DNA of 63,640 nucleotides from Octopus bimaculoides (taxonomy: Eukaryota). Both the position numbers and the translations under genes were made by a program. Location of the stretch: contig NC_068981.1 of the NCBI RefSeq assembly GCF_001194135.2, positions 146,280,917 to 146,344,556 of the forward strand, written 5' to 3'. This document shows positions 37,844 to 50,461 of this stretch, piece after piece; position 1 is the first letter of the stretch, and the number at the start of each line of letters is the position of its first letter. The notes beneath the pieces are model-generated. The model saw nothing but the letters and a program-made list of their open reading frames with translations, had not been told where the DNA came from and searched no databases.

Positions 37844-38924
37844 NNNNNNNNNNNNNNNNNNNNNNNNNNNNNNNNNNNNNNNNNNNNNNNNNNNNNNNNN
37901 NNNNNNNNNNNNNNNNNNNNNNNNNNNNNNNNNNNNNNNNNNNNNNNNNNNNNNNNNNNNNNNNNNNNNNNNNNNNNNNNNNNNNNNNNNNNNNNNNNNN
38001 NNNNNNNNNNNNNNNNNNNNNNNNNNNNNNNNNNNNNNNNNNNNNNNNNNNNNNNNNNNNNNNNNNNNNNNNNNNNNNNNNNNNNNNNNNNNNNNNNNNN
38101 NNNNNNNNNNNNNNNNNNNNNNNNNNNNNNNNNNNNNNNNNNNNNNNNNNNNNNNNNNNNNNNNNNNNNNNNNNNNNNNNNNNNNNNNNNNNNNNNNNNN
38201 NNNNNNNNNNNNNNNNNNNNNNNNNNNNNNNNNNNNNNNNNNNNNNNNNNNNNNNNNNNNNNNNNNNNNNNNNNNNNNNNNNNNNNNNNNNNNNNNNNNN
38301 NNNNNNNNNNNNNNNNNNNNNNNNNNNNNNNNNNNNNNNNNNNNNNNNNNNNNNNNNNNNNNNNNNNACATAATTGTTTTATTTCGTCGAAAATGTGTGA
38401 ATTGTTCTGTTCTTTTTTTTTTTCTTTTAGCCTTTTTTTTTGGTAAATTCTCTAATTTTCAACACTTTAATCATTTTTACTCAATTTTGTGAGTCATTCG
38501 AGGCTGTCAGTTTGTTATTATTTGCTGCTCACTTAGGTTTGTTTGCTTGTTCGCTTATCGTAGTTTCCCCACATCCTTTTACTTTGTGTGTCATGCTGGT
38601 TTTATTTTGTAATACATGTAGTGAAATACTTTTTTTTTTTTTTTTTGGTTTTTAATTTAACATATTTTCTGGAATTGACATCTTCCATACATTGTCCTTA
38701 TTACTCATTATGTCTGTTCTCTTAGCAGTTCATTCTACAAAAAAGCCATTACTACTCTTAGTGACAGCTACTTCTATCACGGCAATTTGTTAACTTGTTA
38801 CTGTTTTCTTTTAGCTACATTTATAAATCTATAATACTCCATCTTCTTCTTCTTCTTATTATTATTAAAGTAAACAACAACAACAATGATATTGATAATA
38901 ATATTAATAATAATGATTTCAAGT

Positions 38925-39127
38925 TTTTGCCACAAGAGCAGCTTGGGGAGGGGATACTAAGTCGATTACATCGACCCCAGTACGTAAATGGTACTTATTT
39001 AATCGACTCCGAAAGGATGAAAGGCAAAGTCGACCTTGGCTTCATTTGAACTCAGAACGTGCAGATAGACGAAATACCGCTAAGCATTTCGCCCGGCGTG
39101 CTAACGATTCTGCCAGCTCACCGCCTT
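38925..39127 (-). mobile_element. SINE family A, well conserved
   Basis: ccgaaaggatgaaaggcaaagtcgaccttggc...gctaacgattctgccagctcaccgcctt. Confidence 0.9.
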
Positions 39128-39129
39128 CA

Positions 39130-39175
<46 letters not shown>

Positions 39176-39179
<4 letters not shown>

Positions 39180-39692
39180 GAAATTAAAGCAAATAGACCA
39201 GATATAGTTGTCAAAGATCATGAAGAAAAAAAATGCTTTCTAATTGATGTANNNNNNNNNNNNNNNNNNNNNNNNNNNNNNNNNNNNNNNNNNNNNNNNN
39301 NNNNNNNNNNNNNNNNNNNNNNNNNNNNNNNNNNNNNNNNNNNNNNNNNNNNNNNNNNNNNNNNNNNNNNNNNNNNNNNNNNNNNNNNNNNNNNNNNNNN
39401 NNNNNNNNNNNNNNNNNNNNNNNNNNAAAAACAGAAACAATTCCTATTATAGTAGGTGCCTTAGGTATAATAAAAAAATATTCAGACAAATACATAACAA
39501 AAACACCAGGACTTACAAATATATACAACATACAGAAAATTGCACTACTGGGCACTGCACACATCCTACGCAAAACACTTTCAATACAGTAACCATATGA
39601 GCACCACAGCAAACCACAGCACATACCCAAGGCGCACAGAGCTGCGCTCGGTAGTGAAGTGAAAGCACGTTATAAAAATAAAACTACTGAAC
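39176..39692 (+). mobile_element. 5'-truncated 3' end of an RLE LINE (R4/Dong-like) inside a (TAA)n tract
   Basis: KEIKANRPDIVVKDHEEKKCFLID, then after the gap IPIIVGALGIIKK...NIQKIALLGTAHILRKTL; (AAT)n on both sides. Confidence 0.9.
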
Positions 39693-39757
<65 letters not shown>

Positions 39758-40779
39758 GGTTCAATCTTTTCATCTTTTGATGGTCGATAAAATAAGTATC
39801 AGTCAAGTACTTGGGTCGTTGCAATCTCAACTAACACCCTCCTCCAAAATTCCAGGCCTTGTGCATAAAGTGGAAAGGATTATTAATATTTTTATAATTG
39901 CTTTGTTTGTAAGAAACTGCGGGAAATTCATAGAAAGTTTTCATGGCATTCTTATAATCTGGTCTTGCTGCTTTCCATTTAAATCGTTGTTTCCATGGTA
40001 ATTTTTCCTTGTAGTATACAGTGAGGAATACTAAGCTCACTATATCACTACACAATGCTGTATTTTCACATATCTGTGTTCGTCCATTTTACTAGCTCTG
40101 AATACGACATGTAACGATGTCTTTTGCAATCAACAGCTTTCCATTTTGAAAGATACGTTTAAACTTTAAAGTCAGCCAGTTTCGTCTATTGTGCATAACA
40201 CAAGTATATTCAGTTAGTACGGAGTCAAATATCTGGACTCGGCGATATTTATTTTTCAACGCAAGATATTAAAGGGGGAAATATGTGTATAGAATATTAA
40301 TTATCTTCGAAGTGTTTAAAATTTATACTTTAATCACGAGAAAATTATGATTGTCATGACGTTGTTTGAATTCCAGTGGATTGAGTAAGAATAAGGAAAA
40401 ACTGGATAGTTTGTGAAGAATGTTGGTGTTATTTGTATTGAAGCCATGCTATATGCTGTCAACAATTACCTAACGTCCTTCCAATCTATTCATAGCTCTC
40501 TCCATTATAAAGCTTAGCGTTATTTCCAGTGAAAAGAGATCAATATTCCTTACTTTTTTTTATCACATTTTCGTTTTTTTTTTGTTAGTTTGTTTTTTTG
40601 TGTTTTTTTTTGCGAGGGAAAAGAGCATAGAAAGAATATGCTGGAAGGGAAAATACCACTAAACCACAAGCTGTCAAGCATATCTGTCACTGCCAACCGA
40701 CCAAACCTATGTGATTAAGTTCGTTCATATAGAAAAAAGCTGTCGAGTTACGTTCTAATATTCTTACTTGACAGAGCAT

Positions 40780-42000
40780 GTATGAGACGAAGCAACACTT
40801 GACCTGCTAAATATAGCAGCCAAAATATCTATCATATCAGATGCCACTCTTTGTTTTAAAGAAAATACACATTGAACAATGATGTAGTCTTGGATAGACT
40901 TTGACTGCAAAATCGATCGGATGGTCATGACTGGAATACATTTGATCATAAGTTTGCTAGATCAGACTTGACTTGGGATTAAACGACAAAGGCGACAAGA
41001 ACAACATTTTCTCGACAAGATTATAGCTGTATTGATTGTACTTGTCTTCCATTAATAACCAAAGCCGAAAAGATTAATGGTGATTTTATTAGATTCGCTT
41101 AGGAGCAAGAACGATGCTTCTTATGACATTTTGAAGTCGCTTTAGTTTGAGGGACATGAATGACTTGGTGAGGTTCATATTGTTTATGTTCAGTTTCAAT
41201 TTTGTCATTCTTGGGCAGTGGTTCTCAACCATCTTCTTATCTATATACCCTTTTATTTACTATTTTATTCTGGAGGGTACCCATATCCATCCGATGTTTA
41301 AAAGCTAATTTTATTGATATTTCTTTTAAAATTCCTATTTTGTTTTTCACACACTCATTTGCATAGGGTGAACTTTGTAAAATGTTAGAGAAAGAGACCT
41401 AGCTGTTTCTTGCAAGATACATTTAAATCAAAAGTTTTCATGGATCCTCAATATACTCCCGTGGATCCTCAATATACTCCCGTGGATCCTCAATTTACTG
41501 TTTTGTTAGCGTAGACTCTTAAAAATTTATATGGACTCCGTTTGAGAATCATTGCTGTAAGGGGTAGATGAGAGAATGTAGGCAGATTCGTGTTTTCAAA
41601 GAGAAATGTATGATGATACAGAGGCAAAGTGCCGCAATTCCTGTCGTTCAAGACTGAGGTCATCCCTGCTCGAATAGACATTTAATGACAAGCATTCCAA
41701 CAGTGACCATCCTAGCTTTTTTTTTTTTACCCAAAGTATTTAGGACTGAATTATCCAATGTATCCTATGCTTAACACGATAGAATATGAGTAGAGAGAGA
41801 TTTCGCTGTTGTTTAAGCAGATCGAGCAGCTGCATTCAGACTTTTTTGTGGGATAAGTTCTGTTAATGTTGGTCTTATCGTTTAGATCCGAGTGAGGTGT
41901 AGGCATGGCTGTGTGCTTAAGAAACCCGTTCTGCAACCATAAGGCTTCGCGTTGACTCACACTGTGACGCAGCTTGAGCGAGTGATTTCTAATATATGGG
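40780..42000. mobile_element. Cluster of degraded copies of a non-coding repeat (family E)
   Basis: Shared motifs gacctgcta(g/a)a(a)atagcagcc and ccagccatgaccatcc recur at 22990-23140, 43560-44160, 45320-45480, 58680-58870 and 61790-61860. Confidence 0.55.
41216..41494 (+). mobile_element. hAT/Charlie-like MITE left end with a 21-bp tandem repeat
   Basis: Starts cagtggttctcaacc (typical Charlie-type TIR); tggatcctcaatatactcccg x2.5 at 41441-41494; right TIR not found. Confidence 0.45.
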
Positions 42001-42100
42001 TCGACCAATACCTATGAAGGAATTTGGCAGAAGATAACTGCCGTGTATATATAACAAAGTGTTAGCGCTAAGCAGTGTTTTAGGTATGAGTAGAATTAGG

Positions 42101-42353
42101 TAAGCTGAAATATGTTTGTCACATATTTCAACTGTCCAAAAGGATAACCTGCAGTTACCGTGGAGAATATATATCTCTTATGGTAAAAAGGTGTGAAAAC
42201 GCCCGGTTCGTTCAGTGAGATTCTTAATAGATGGCGATATTGAACGAACCGGGTGTTTTCATACCTTTTTACCATAAGAGATGTATATTCTCCACAGTAA
42301 CTGCAGTTTAGCCTTTTAGCAGTTGGAATATGTGACAAACATATTTCAACTTA
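42101..42353. repeat. Foldback element, ~115-bp inverted arms with a 22-nt spacer
   Basis: Left arm taagctgaaatatgtttgtcacata...cccggttcgttcagt; right arm attgaacgaaccggg...tatgtgacaaacatatttcaactta. Confidence 0.92.
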
Positions 42354-42362
42354 GCTATTTCT

Positions 42363-42400
<38 letters not shown>

Positions 42401-42614
42401 NNNNNNNNNNNNNNNNNTATAGGAAGATGTACTTGCATAGCAAGTGACCTGATCTGAGATCTTGTGCTGAAACAAAAACAATTGCAGCGTGGAAGGTGTT
42501 TATAAGCTATTTAAAAACACACAAAAACCGTTAGATTCACTTCAACATTTAAATTGAATTTGTCAAAATATTTTTGTCGCTTTCAAACCGCGACCTGTTC
42601 ACTGACAAGATTCC

Positions 42615-42650
<36 letters not shown>

Positions 42651-42730
42651 GCACATGTATATATATACACACACTCTCACACACACACTCACACACGCAC
42701 ACACACACACACATATATATATATATAAAT

Positions 42731-43174
42731 ATATATTATAATAATAAGATGAGAAAATAGAAAGGTAATTAATAAATTATTATTTATTAATTTAAAATTG
42801 ACAAACATCCTTTACAGTTGTTTCAAGTCCAGGTCCTCAGAAAATTAATTAATCAAATTAAAAATTATTTGAGAGTCGAATCTCTTCAGAAGTAGATAAA
42901 GATATACAAAATAGGTGTTTAATTCCTGCATGTTCAGTAAACGACTGCAAGTGAACGGTTTGCAGTCGTTTACTAAACATGCAGGAATTAAACACTTATT
43001 TTTATGTCTTTATCTACCTCTGAAGAGCTTCGACTTACAAATAATTTTAAAATTTTATTAACTAATTTTCTGAGGTTCTGAAATTGAAACAGTTGTAAGG
43101 GATGTTTGTCAAGTTTTTAATTAATAAATAATAATTTATTAATTACCTTTCTATTTTCTCATCTTAGTATTATA

Positions 43175-43180
<6 letters not shown>
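42731..43180. repeat. Foldback element, ~220-bp inverted arms with a 9-nt spacer, flanked by TA-rich tracts
   Basis: Arms gagaaaatagaaaggtaattaataaattat...acgactgcaa and ttgcagtcgt...ataatttattaattacctttctattttctc around the spacer gtgaacggt. Confidence 0.93.
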
Positions 43181-43212
<32 letters not shown>

Positions 43213-43329
43213 CACAGTTTATATAGTTACCTTGCAGTTGAGTATTAAATGTAATGTTCAATACTCTTTGTATAGGTAACTAACCAGTACTTTCATAGGA
43301 TTTTGCTATCCCTGAATGAGGTTATATAT

Positions 43330-43470
43330 ATATATAGTTGAAATGTATAGGAAAACAGAAGACGAAGACAGGTGTATGAAAAACAAGCAAGTGTATTAGT
43401 TTGACACTCGGGAAAAATGAAAATGTCTTTTACGTTTCGAGCCTACGTTCTTCAACAGAAAGGAATAAGA
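43330..43470 (-). mobile_element. Penelope-like remnant with an A6U-core hammerhead motif (43424-43464)
   Basis: Minus strand CTTT-CTGTTGA-A-GAAC-GTAG-GCTC-GAAA-C-GTA-AAAG; homologous to 63280-63420. Confidence 0.6.
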
Positions 43471-44659
43471 CTGAACAAACTTGCCATCTTTTCGTGTATC
43501 AGACACTACAACATCCAATTTATCCTTCGATATTTCAGATGCTTGGATGTAGGTTGAGGAAGATTTGGCACCGCTGTTTCTAGCAAGGCGTGCGAATAGA
43601 TATTTGTACGCGAGAATCTATTCAATGTCTTGTCTAAGTGTATTGTGCAAAGATCGTAAGGAGGCATTGACACAATGTATCTAGGACTAAATCATTTAAT
43701 ATTTAACACGATAGAATATGAATGGAGTGAGATTTCACGGTCGTTTAAAGCAGATGAAGTTCATCTGTAAATAAGCTCTTTATTGGATAAGTTTTCTTGG
43801 GGTTGTCGTTGTTGCTAAGGTCATGCTCAGTTGCCCAGACATATGATCAGACATACGAAAGGACACACTGGGTAACGTAGACCTAGATAGACTAAGTCAG
43901 TAAAAGCAACCGGATAGTCTTAACGGGAATACATCTGATTATAGTCTACTGTAATTTGATGTAGTCCATTGATTGAACAAATATATCCTTCTACGTTAGG
44001 GTGTAGGTAAAGCAGATTTGGAGCTGCTATTTCTAGCAGGTCGAGTGAGCAATCATACAGAGACTCTTTTATTAGTGAATTGATATTTGTTAGTGATGGA
44101 AGCAATTGAGCGTCATGTATAAATGTATTGCGTGAAGATTGTAAGGAGATATTCGAAAAACTAAATAGAATTATGGATTATATTTCTATTGGTTTAAAGA
44201 AACCATGCCTATTAGTTTTGTTTCTTTGTTTGTTTTTTTAGTTAAAATTTGTCAACAATTTTGTAAATAAATGAATACAATAGAGTAGTTTGAAGACAAT
44301 AACTTAATTATACTCATTTAACGCTACCATCGTGGAATACGACGATGCTAATTATCTTATGTAATTGCTCATTAAAAATTTATTAATTCAATTGTATTGA
44401 ACTGTTTTCCAGTTACGTGGTGTTTACACCTACACACATACATACATACATACATACATACATACATACATGCATGCATACATACATACATGCATACATA
44501 CATACATGCATACATACATACATATATATGTATACACACATTATATATATATATATAAATAAATGCATATATATATATATATGCATATATATATATACAT
44601 ATATATATACATATATATATACATATATACATATATATGCATATATATATACATATATA

Positions 44660-44699
<40 letters not shown>

Positions 44700-45947
44700 N
44701 NNNNNNNNNNNNNNNNNNNNNNNNNNNNNNNNNNNNNNNNNNNNNNNNNNNNNNNNNNNNNNNNNNNNNNNNNNNNNNNNNNNNNNNNNNNNNNNNNNNN
44801 NNNNNNNNNNNNNNNNNNNNNNNNNNNNNNNNNNNNNNNNNNNNNNNNNNNNNNNNNNNNNTATATATGAATGTATACATGCATACATACATACATACAT
44901 ACATACATACATACATACATACAAGTACGTTTGTATTGTTGGTATGCATATGTGTATATATACTGAAAGAGTGACAGAGAAAGAATAAGAAAAAAAAAGA
45001 AATAAAAACAAACAAGGGAGTGAAAGAAAGGAAGTGTTGGCATAATGAATTTCCGAGACATTGATAATGAAATCGTGCGCCTTAGCCAGACACAGCTCGT
45101 TTATAATCACTGTATAATTTAGTTTTCTTAATAAATAGCAATAAACGTTAGAAAATCTGAAAGATACTGAATGTTGCTGGGTACGAATGTTCAATTAGGA
45201 AATTTGCGGGTACCAGAAATGTTTCAATGTAGCTTTACCAAAATTATTTTTGATTTGTATGATAATATGCAAGCACAATTCTATTCGTTGTTGTTTTTGG
45301 TATTGTAATTTAATTTAGCCCCAGGCGAAACCTATTCTAGCAAATGAGTTGCAGTCGTCTGTTTAAAGTATATGCAGTACTTAACTCTGTTCTTTCCTGA
45401 AGTAAGGGCGAGTTAAGGGATGTTTGACTGCTGTTTCTAGCAATTCGAGTGATCACAGCTCATATTCCAGTGGTATACGCGATCGAGATCTATAGTCATC
45501 ATAATTCATTGTTTTAAATGCAGCGTCTAACTGATACATCTTTTATCGAACTTGCACTAATGAACAATCAAAAAGACCTCAACCCGATTTAAACTCCGCA
45601 GTCTTGGTTACATTTGTTACCCATATAACCAACGGGTTGGTGATTTCTCTTCATAACACACAGATTTCTCTTTGGGAACGGATGTAATCTGACCGAACAG
45701 AGCACAGTATATCTGCAGTATTTATTCTATGATATCCTTATTAATAACTGTTAAAGTAAACATCGATAGAATTTCAATTTGGAATGAAACAACGTGAAGG
45801 AAATAGAGTCCGGTACTCTACTATTCTAAAATACATCGAGTCGTTAACAATGTGTATTTATTTGTAATCACACAACCGAGATGAGGAGGAGAATGCCTAA
45901 ACAACAAAATATGAGTTGCAGTAAGAGAAGTAAAATGAATGTGAATT

Positions 45948-46330
45948 TGTTGTTGGCACTCCGTCGCTTACGACGTCGAGGGTTCCAATTGATCCGATCA
46001 ACGGAACAGCCTGCTCGTGAAATTAGCGTGCAAGTGGCTGAGCACTCCACAGACACGTGTACCCTTAACGTAGATCTCGGGGATATTCTGCGTGACACAG
46101 TGTGACAAGGCTAACCCTTTGAATTACAGGCACAACAGAAACAGGAAGTAAGAGTGAGAGAAAGTTGTGGTGAAAGAGTACAGCAGGGTTCACCACCATC
46201 CCCTGCAGAAGCCTCGTAGAGCTTTAGGCGTTTTCGTTCAATAAACACTCACAACGCCCGCTGTGGGATTCAAAACCGCGATCCTACGACCGCGCGTCCG
46301 CTGCCCTAACCACTGGGCCATTGCACCTCC
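45948..46330 (-). mobile_element. SINE family C, full length
   Basis: Reverse complement of 17276-17660 with scattered substitutions. Confidence 0.92.
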
Positions 46331-46589
46331 ACGAACGTGAATAGAACAATCCGGTATGTATTCCACTGGTAGAAGATGTAATCAGAGCAAGGAGAAAATC
46401 AAAATGAGAATGGTTAACTCTATGTTGTTTCAAGCAGCACAAAATTAGAGATAATCTTAATATACTGATAAATAAGGATGGAAAACAACGAAATCTTTAA
46501 ACCATTTGTAATGATACAATGAACATTATGTTTGAACAATGGTAACTTCTGTAAACCTTGTTTTGTTTTATTTTTAATATGATACTGAA

Positions 46590-46785
46590 TATCGGTTTCA
46601 AATTTTGACACAAGGCCAACAATTGCGGGAGAGGGTAAATCAACTGGTGCGCATTTCAGCAATCCCGAAAGGATGAACGACAAAGTTGATTTCAGCGTTA
46701 TTTGAACTCTGAAAGTAAAAGCAGACAAAATGCCACAAAACATTTTGCTCGGCGTGCTAAGAATTCTGCCATCGCGCAGCCTTGA
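46590..46785 (-). mobile_element. SINE family A
   Basis: cccgaaaggatgaacgacaaagttgatttcagcgttatttgaactctg...gctcggcgtgctaagaattctgcc. Confidence 0.8.
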
Positions 46786-47144
46786 ATGATATTGCAATAT
46801 ATTTATGAATATAGTATTACCATTTTTTAGTTAAAGTCTTATATCATTAAATCATTCAGTGGTCCAGAAGAAACTGTTTTAAATAAAAGAAAAGCTGTCA
46901 TTTTAACGGCACAAATATCTAGGTGTTCATGAACTGTTATAACCCATAATTATCCGTAAATGGTATGCTCAATAATACGGTATAGGGGTCGGCCTTTATG
47001 CGAAAGTCTAAGTGTTATATTTTAGTCTTAAACACAAAAATTTGGAGTAACAAATTTTACCTTGACTTCAATCGTTGGTTTGAACGGATGCACAATTCTT
47101 CTATAATTTATAAAGCGGTCATAGTATATACTAATTTATAAACT

Positions 47145-47340
47145 GGCACTCCGTCGGTTACGACCGCGAGTGTTTCAGTTGATCCGGTCAACAGAACAGC
47201 CTGCTAGTGAAAATTAACGTACATGTGGCTGAGCACTGCACAGACACGCGTACCCTGAGCATACTTCTCAGAGAAATACAACGTGACACAGAATGTGAAA
47301 AAGCTAGCACCTTCAATTACAGGTGCAACAACATTTACAT
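47145..47340 (-). mobile_element. SINE family C, 3' portion
   Basis: tggcactccgtcggttacgaccgcgagtgtttcagttgatccg...gtggctgagcactgcacagacacg. Confidence 0.8.
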
Positions 47341-47520
47341 GGGTATAAGAGAGACTAAATTAGATCGATCAGTATATGACAGGTGCGTATTTTATCAATT
47401 TCTTAATCTTGAAGTGTAAATATCGGCCTTAGTGGAATTTGAATTAAGAGCGTAAAAAATAAACTAATTTTTGTCAAGTCATTCTATTTGATGCTCTTCC
47501 GATGCGGCATTATAATTATA

Positions 47521-47742
47521 GGAGAAGGTGCTGAAAAGTTCCTGACTGCAAGGGTCTCACGAAAGCGAAAGAACTCGGAATGTTAGGCTAGAAGCCCAAC
47601 CTTCCGAGTTCTTTTACAGGGTTTGACCACTGCAATAAGTGTGCGAATCTGAGAGGAGAGAATGTGGTGAACGAAGTCATAATTAACTGATCTTCCTGTA
47701 TTTTCTTTTACCCAAAGTCAGGAACTTTTCAGCACACCCCAG
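47521..47742 (+). mobile_element. Internally deleted mariner (MITE) retaining transposase C-terminal codons
   Basis: TIR cores ggtgctgaaaagttcctgac and gtcaggaacttttcagcac, TA at both ends; tgcaataagtgtgcgaatctgagaggagagaatgtg translates to CNKCANLRGENV (mariner C-terminal KC...G.YVE motif). Confidence 0.8.
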
Positions 47743-48429
47743 TAATTAAATAAAAGGCGTAAAGTACGGGCGACTTCACAGCGTTTAAAGTGATTTAAAA
47801 TTTTTAAATACTTTGTAAATAATTGTTATTAATTATAAGTTTTCATTACAAATTCATTTGCCAACGTATTTTCATTGTTTAGATATTATTGCTGTTTCAA
47901 CAAGATTGTTTACGAATCAATGTTACCACGAGGCAACAATGTTGCCACGAGGGTTATAATGATATTTACGTTGCAAACACAATTACATTAAATGTTATTA
48001 AATTGAATTTTATGCTTGTGTTGATCTTACTTTTAATCAACCCTCCAGCATCCATGTAATGAATTTGCGAAAGAGGAATTCGTTCGTTGTTTTTTTGTAT
48101 TCTTCTCTTAGATGATTAAGAAATCCTATTTTTGATTAAATTTAAAAACTATACCATTGGAATGATTTATGTAGAAACGGTGCAGCATTGAATGAAACTG
48201 TTATGGTTGGCCCTAATCGCGAAAATTCATAATCAAAGCCATTCAAGCCATTAGGAATAAAAATGTAGGCCTTTTTTTTTTTTAGATAAGAATGTTTTGA
48301 CATAGACCTAGTTTTCATTCGATGCTCCTTTATTGGTTTGTTTTCATTAAGGTAAATCCGAGTTGCCGTCATTCTGAGTTGGAGTAAAGGAGGATAAAGG
48401 ATAAAGACCGCTTTTGGGATTGCATCTAG

Positions 48430-48700
48430 AAAGTTATCCTTCGAGGAACAAGTCTGGGCAAGGTTGTTTTGTGGAAAACCAGCAGTCGCCCATGCACACC
48501 AGACACCCTTCTCTACGCCACCAAAGGTTTCCAAGGGAAAAGTAAAGGCTGATTCATCTTGTCCCCAGTGATGTTGCAACTCATTTTCTACAGTTGAGTG
48601 AACTGGAGCAACGTGAAATAGAGTGTCTTCCTCAAGAACACAACACACAGCCCGAAGACTTCGTAAAGTAGTGTTATGTTGGAATCGCCAAGCCTTTGTT
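48430..48700 (-). mobile_element. SINE family D
   Basis: gagtgaactggagcaacgtgaaatagagtgtcttcctcaagaacacacaacacagc...ggaatcg. Confidence 0.7.
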
Positions 48701-49108
48701 GTCAACTTTAGAAATTTTAAGAAAACCCAGGAAGTGAAACCGTGCCGTGATTTCAGCAGCTAAGTTAGGAACACTCTTTGTGGTCTTTATCAAATTAGGA
48801 GCATATTACAGTGTTCAGCAAGAGAGGAGCATGCCTCTTACTTTGCAGTGCTTGCCACACAGGAAGTCAGAATATTATGAGAAATATATGATCAATTAGC
48901 TGCGTGCCGGAACTATGTTGTTTACACAGCCAGGAAGATGAATTTTCAAGTCAGCCGAACTACGTTAATAGTCGTAATGTTTGTATTTTTGCTGAAAACC
49001 AGTGCAAATCTCTGTGTTGTTTTTAGTTGGGGGCCTTTTAAGGTTATCTACATGTCATACACATACTCACATATACATACATACATACATACATACACAC
49101 ATATATGC

Positions 49109-49147
<39 letters not shown>

Positions 49148-49534
49148 TTCCCTTATTAACGAAAAGGCAGACACTTAAAAAGATCTTTCATACGCATCTC
49201 TGAAATCTCTTAATCAAAATTTAATAGGTTACACACATGCAGGTGAATATGNNNNNNNNNNNNNNNNNNNNNNNNNNNNNNNNNNNNNNNNNNNNNNNNN
49301 NNNNNNNNNNNNNNNNNNNNNNNNNNNNNNNNNNNNNNNNNNNNNNNNNNNNNNNNNNNNNNNNNNNNNNNNNNNNNNNNNNNNNNNNNNNNNNNNNNNN
49401 NNNNNNNNNNNNNNNNNNNNNNNNNNNNNNNNNNNNNNNNNNNNNNNNNNNNNNNNNNNNNNNNNNNNNNNNNNNNNNNNNNNNNNNNNNNNNNNNNNNN
49501 AACCTACCACCCTCACTTCCCAAATATTAACAAC

Positions 49535-50371
49535 CCTTTCTACTAAAAGTACAAGGCCTGAAATTATGAGGAAGGGGACTAATAGATTTCATCAACCCCA
49601 ATGTTTCACTGGTACTTAATTTACCGGCCTGAAAGGATGAAAGGCAAAGTCGACCTCGGCAGAATTTGAACTCAGAATGTAAAGACGGGCAAAATACTGC
49701 TAAGCATTTTACTCAGTGTGCTAACGATTCTGCCAGCTCGCTGCCTTCCCTAATATTGGTTTCAAATTTTGGCACAAAGCCAGGAATTTTGGGGGAGAGT
49801 GCTAATCGATTACATCGACCCTAGTGTTCAACTGGTACTTAATTTATCGACCCTCGAAAAGATGAAAGGCAAAGTCGACCTCGGCGGAATTTGAACCCAG
49901 AACGTGCAGATAGACGAAATGTCGCTAAGCATTTTACTCTGCGTGCTAACGCTCTCCCTAATATTTATAATGATTACTGTGCTAGCGACGATGGTAGATT
50001 AGCAGAATCGTTACAACGTACTTTTAGTAATTTCCTCCGGTACTTCACGTTATATTTAAAATCCCACTGAAATCCACTTTACCTGGGATTGAAAAAGTAA
50101 ATTTTGCAGAATTAGTATCCTTTTTAAGAACATTAGCCTGGTAACTGCTGCAAAACAAGCTTTGACTTAATGTCCCCAGTATGAAGCCAGGTGAGCTGGC
50201 AGAACTGATAGTACGCCGGGCAAAATGTCTAGTGGTATTTCGTCTGTTTTCACGTTCTGTGTTCAAATTCCGTTAAGGTCGACTTTGCCTTTCACTCTTT
50301 CGGGGTCGATAAATTAAGTACCACTTAAGCACTAGGGTCGATATAGTTGATTCATCCCTCCACCAAAACTG
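49535..50371. mobile_element. Four SINE family A copies (two minus, two plus)
   Basis: Core gaaaggatgaaaggcaaagtcgacctcggc at 49632 and 49860; forward head and core at 49985-50170 and 50185-50371. Confidence 0.85.
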
Positions 50372-50385
50372 NNNNNNNNNNAAAC

Positions 50386-50461
<76 letters not shown>

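Noticed and set aside
42570-42615. Minus-strand TTGTC-AGTGA...GAAAGC-GACAA three-way-junction-like string
   Set aside because: Too far from the hammerhead core consensus to call.
48142-48705. 187-aa minus-strand ORF
   Set aside because: Its first half is SINE family D sequence; there are no splice signals or recognisable domain.
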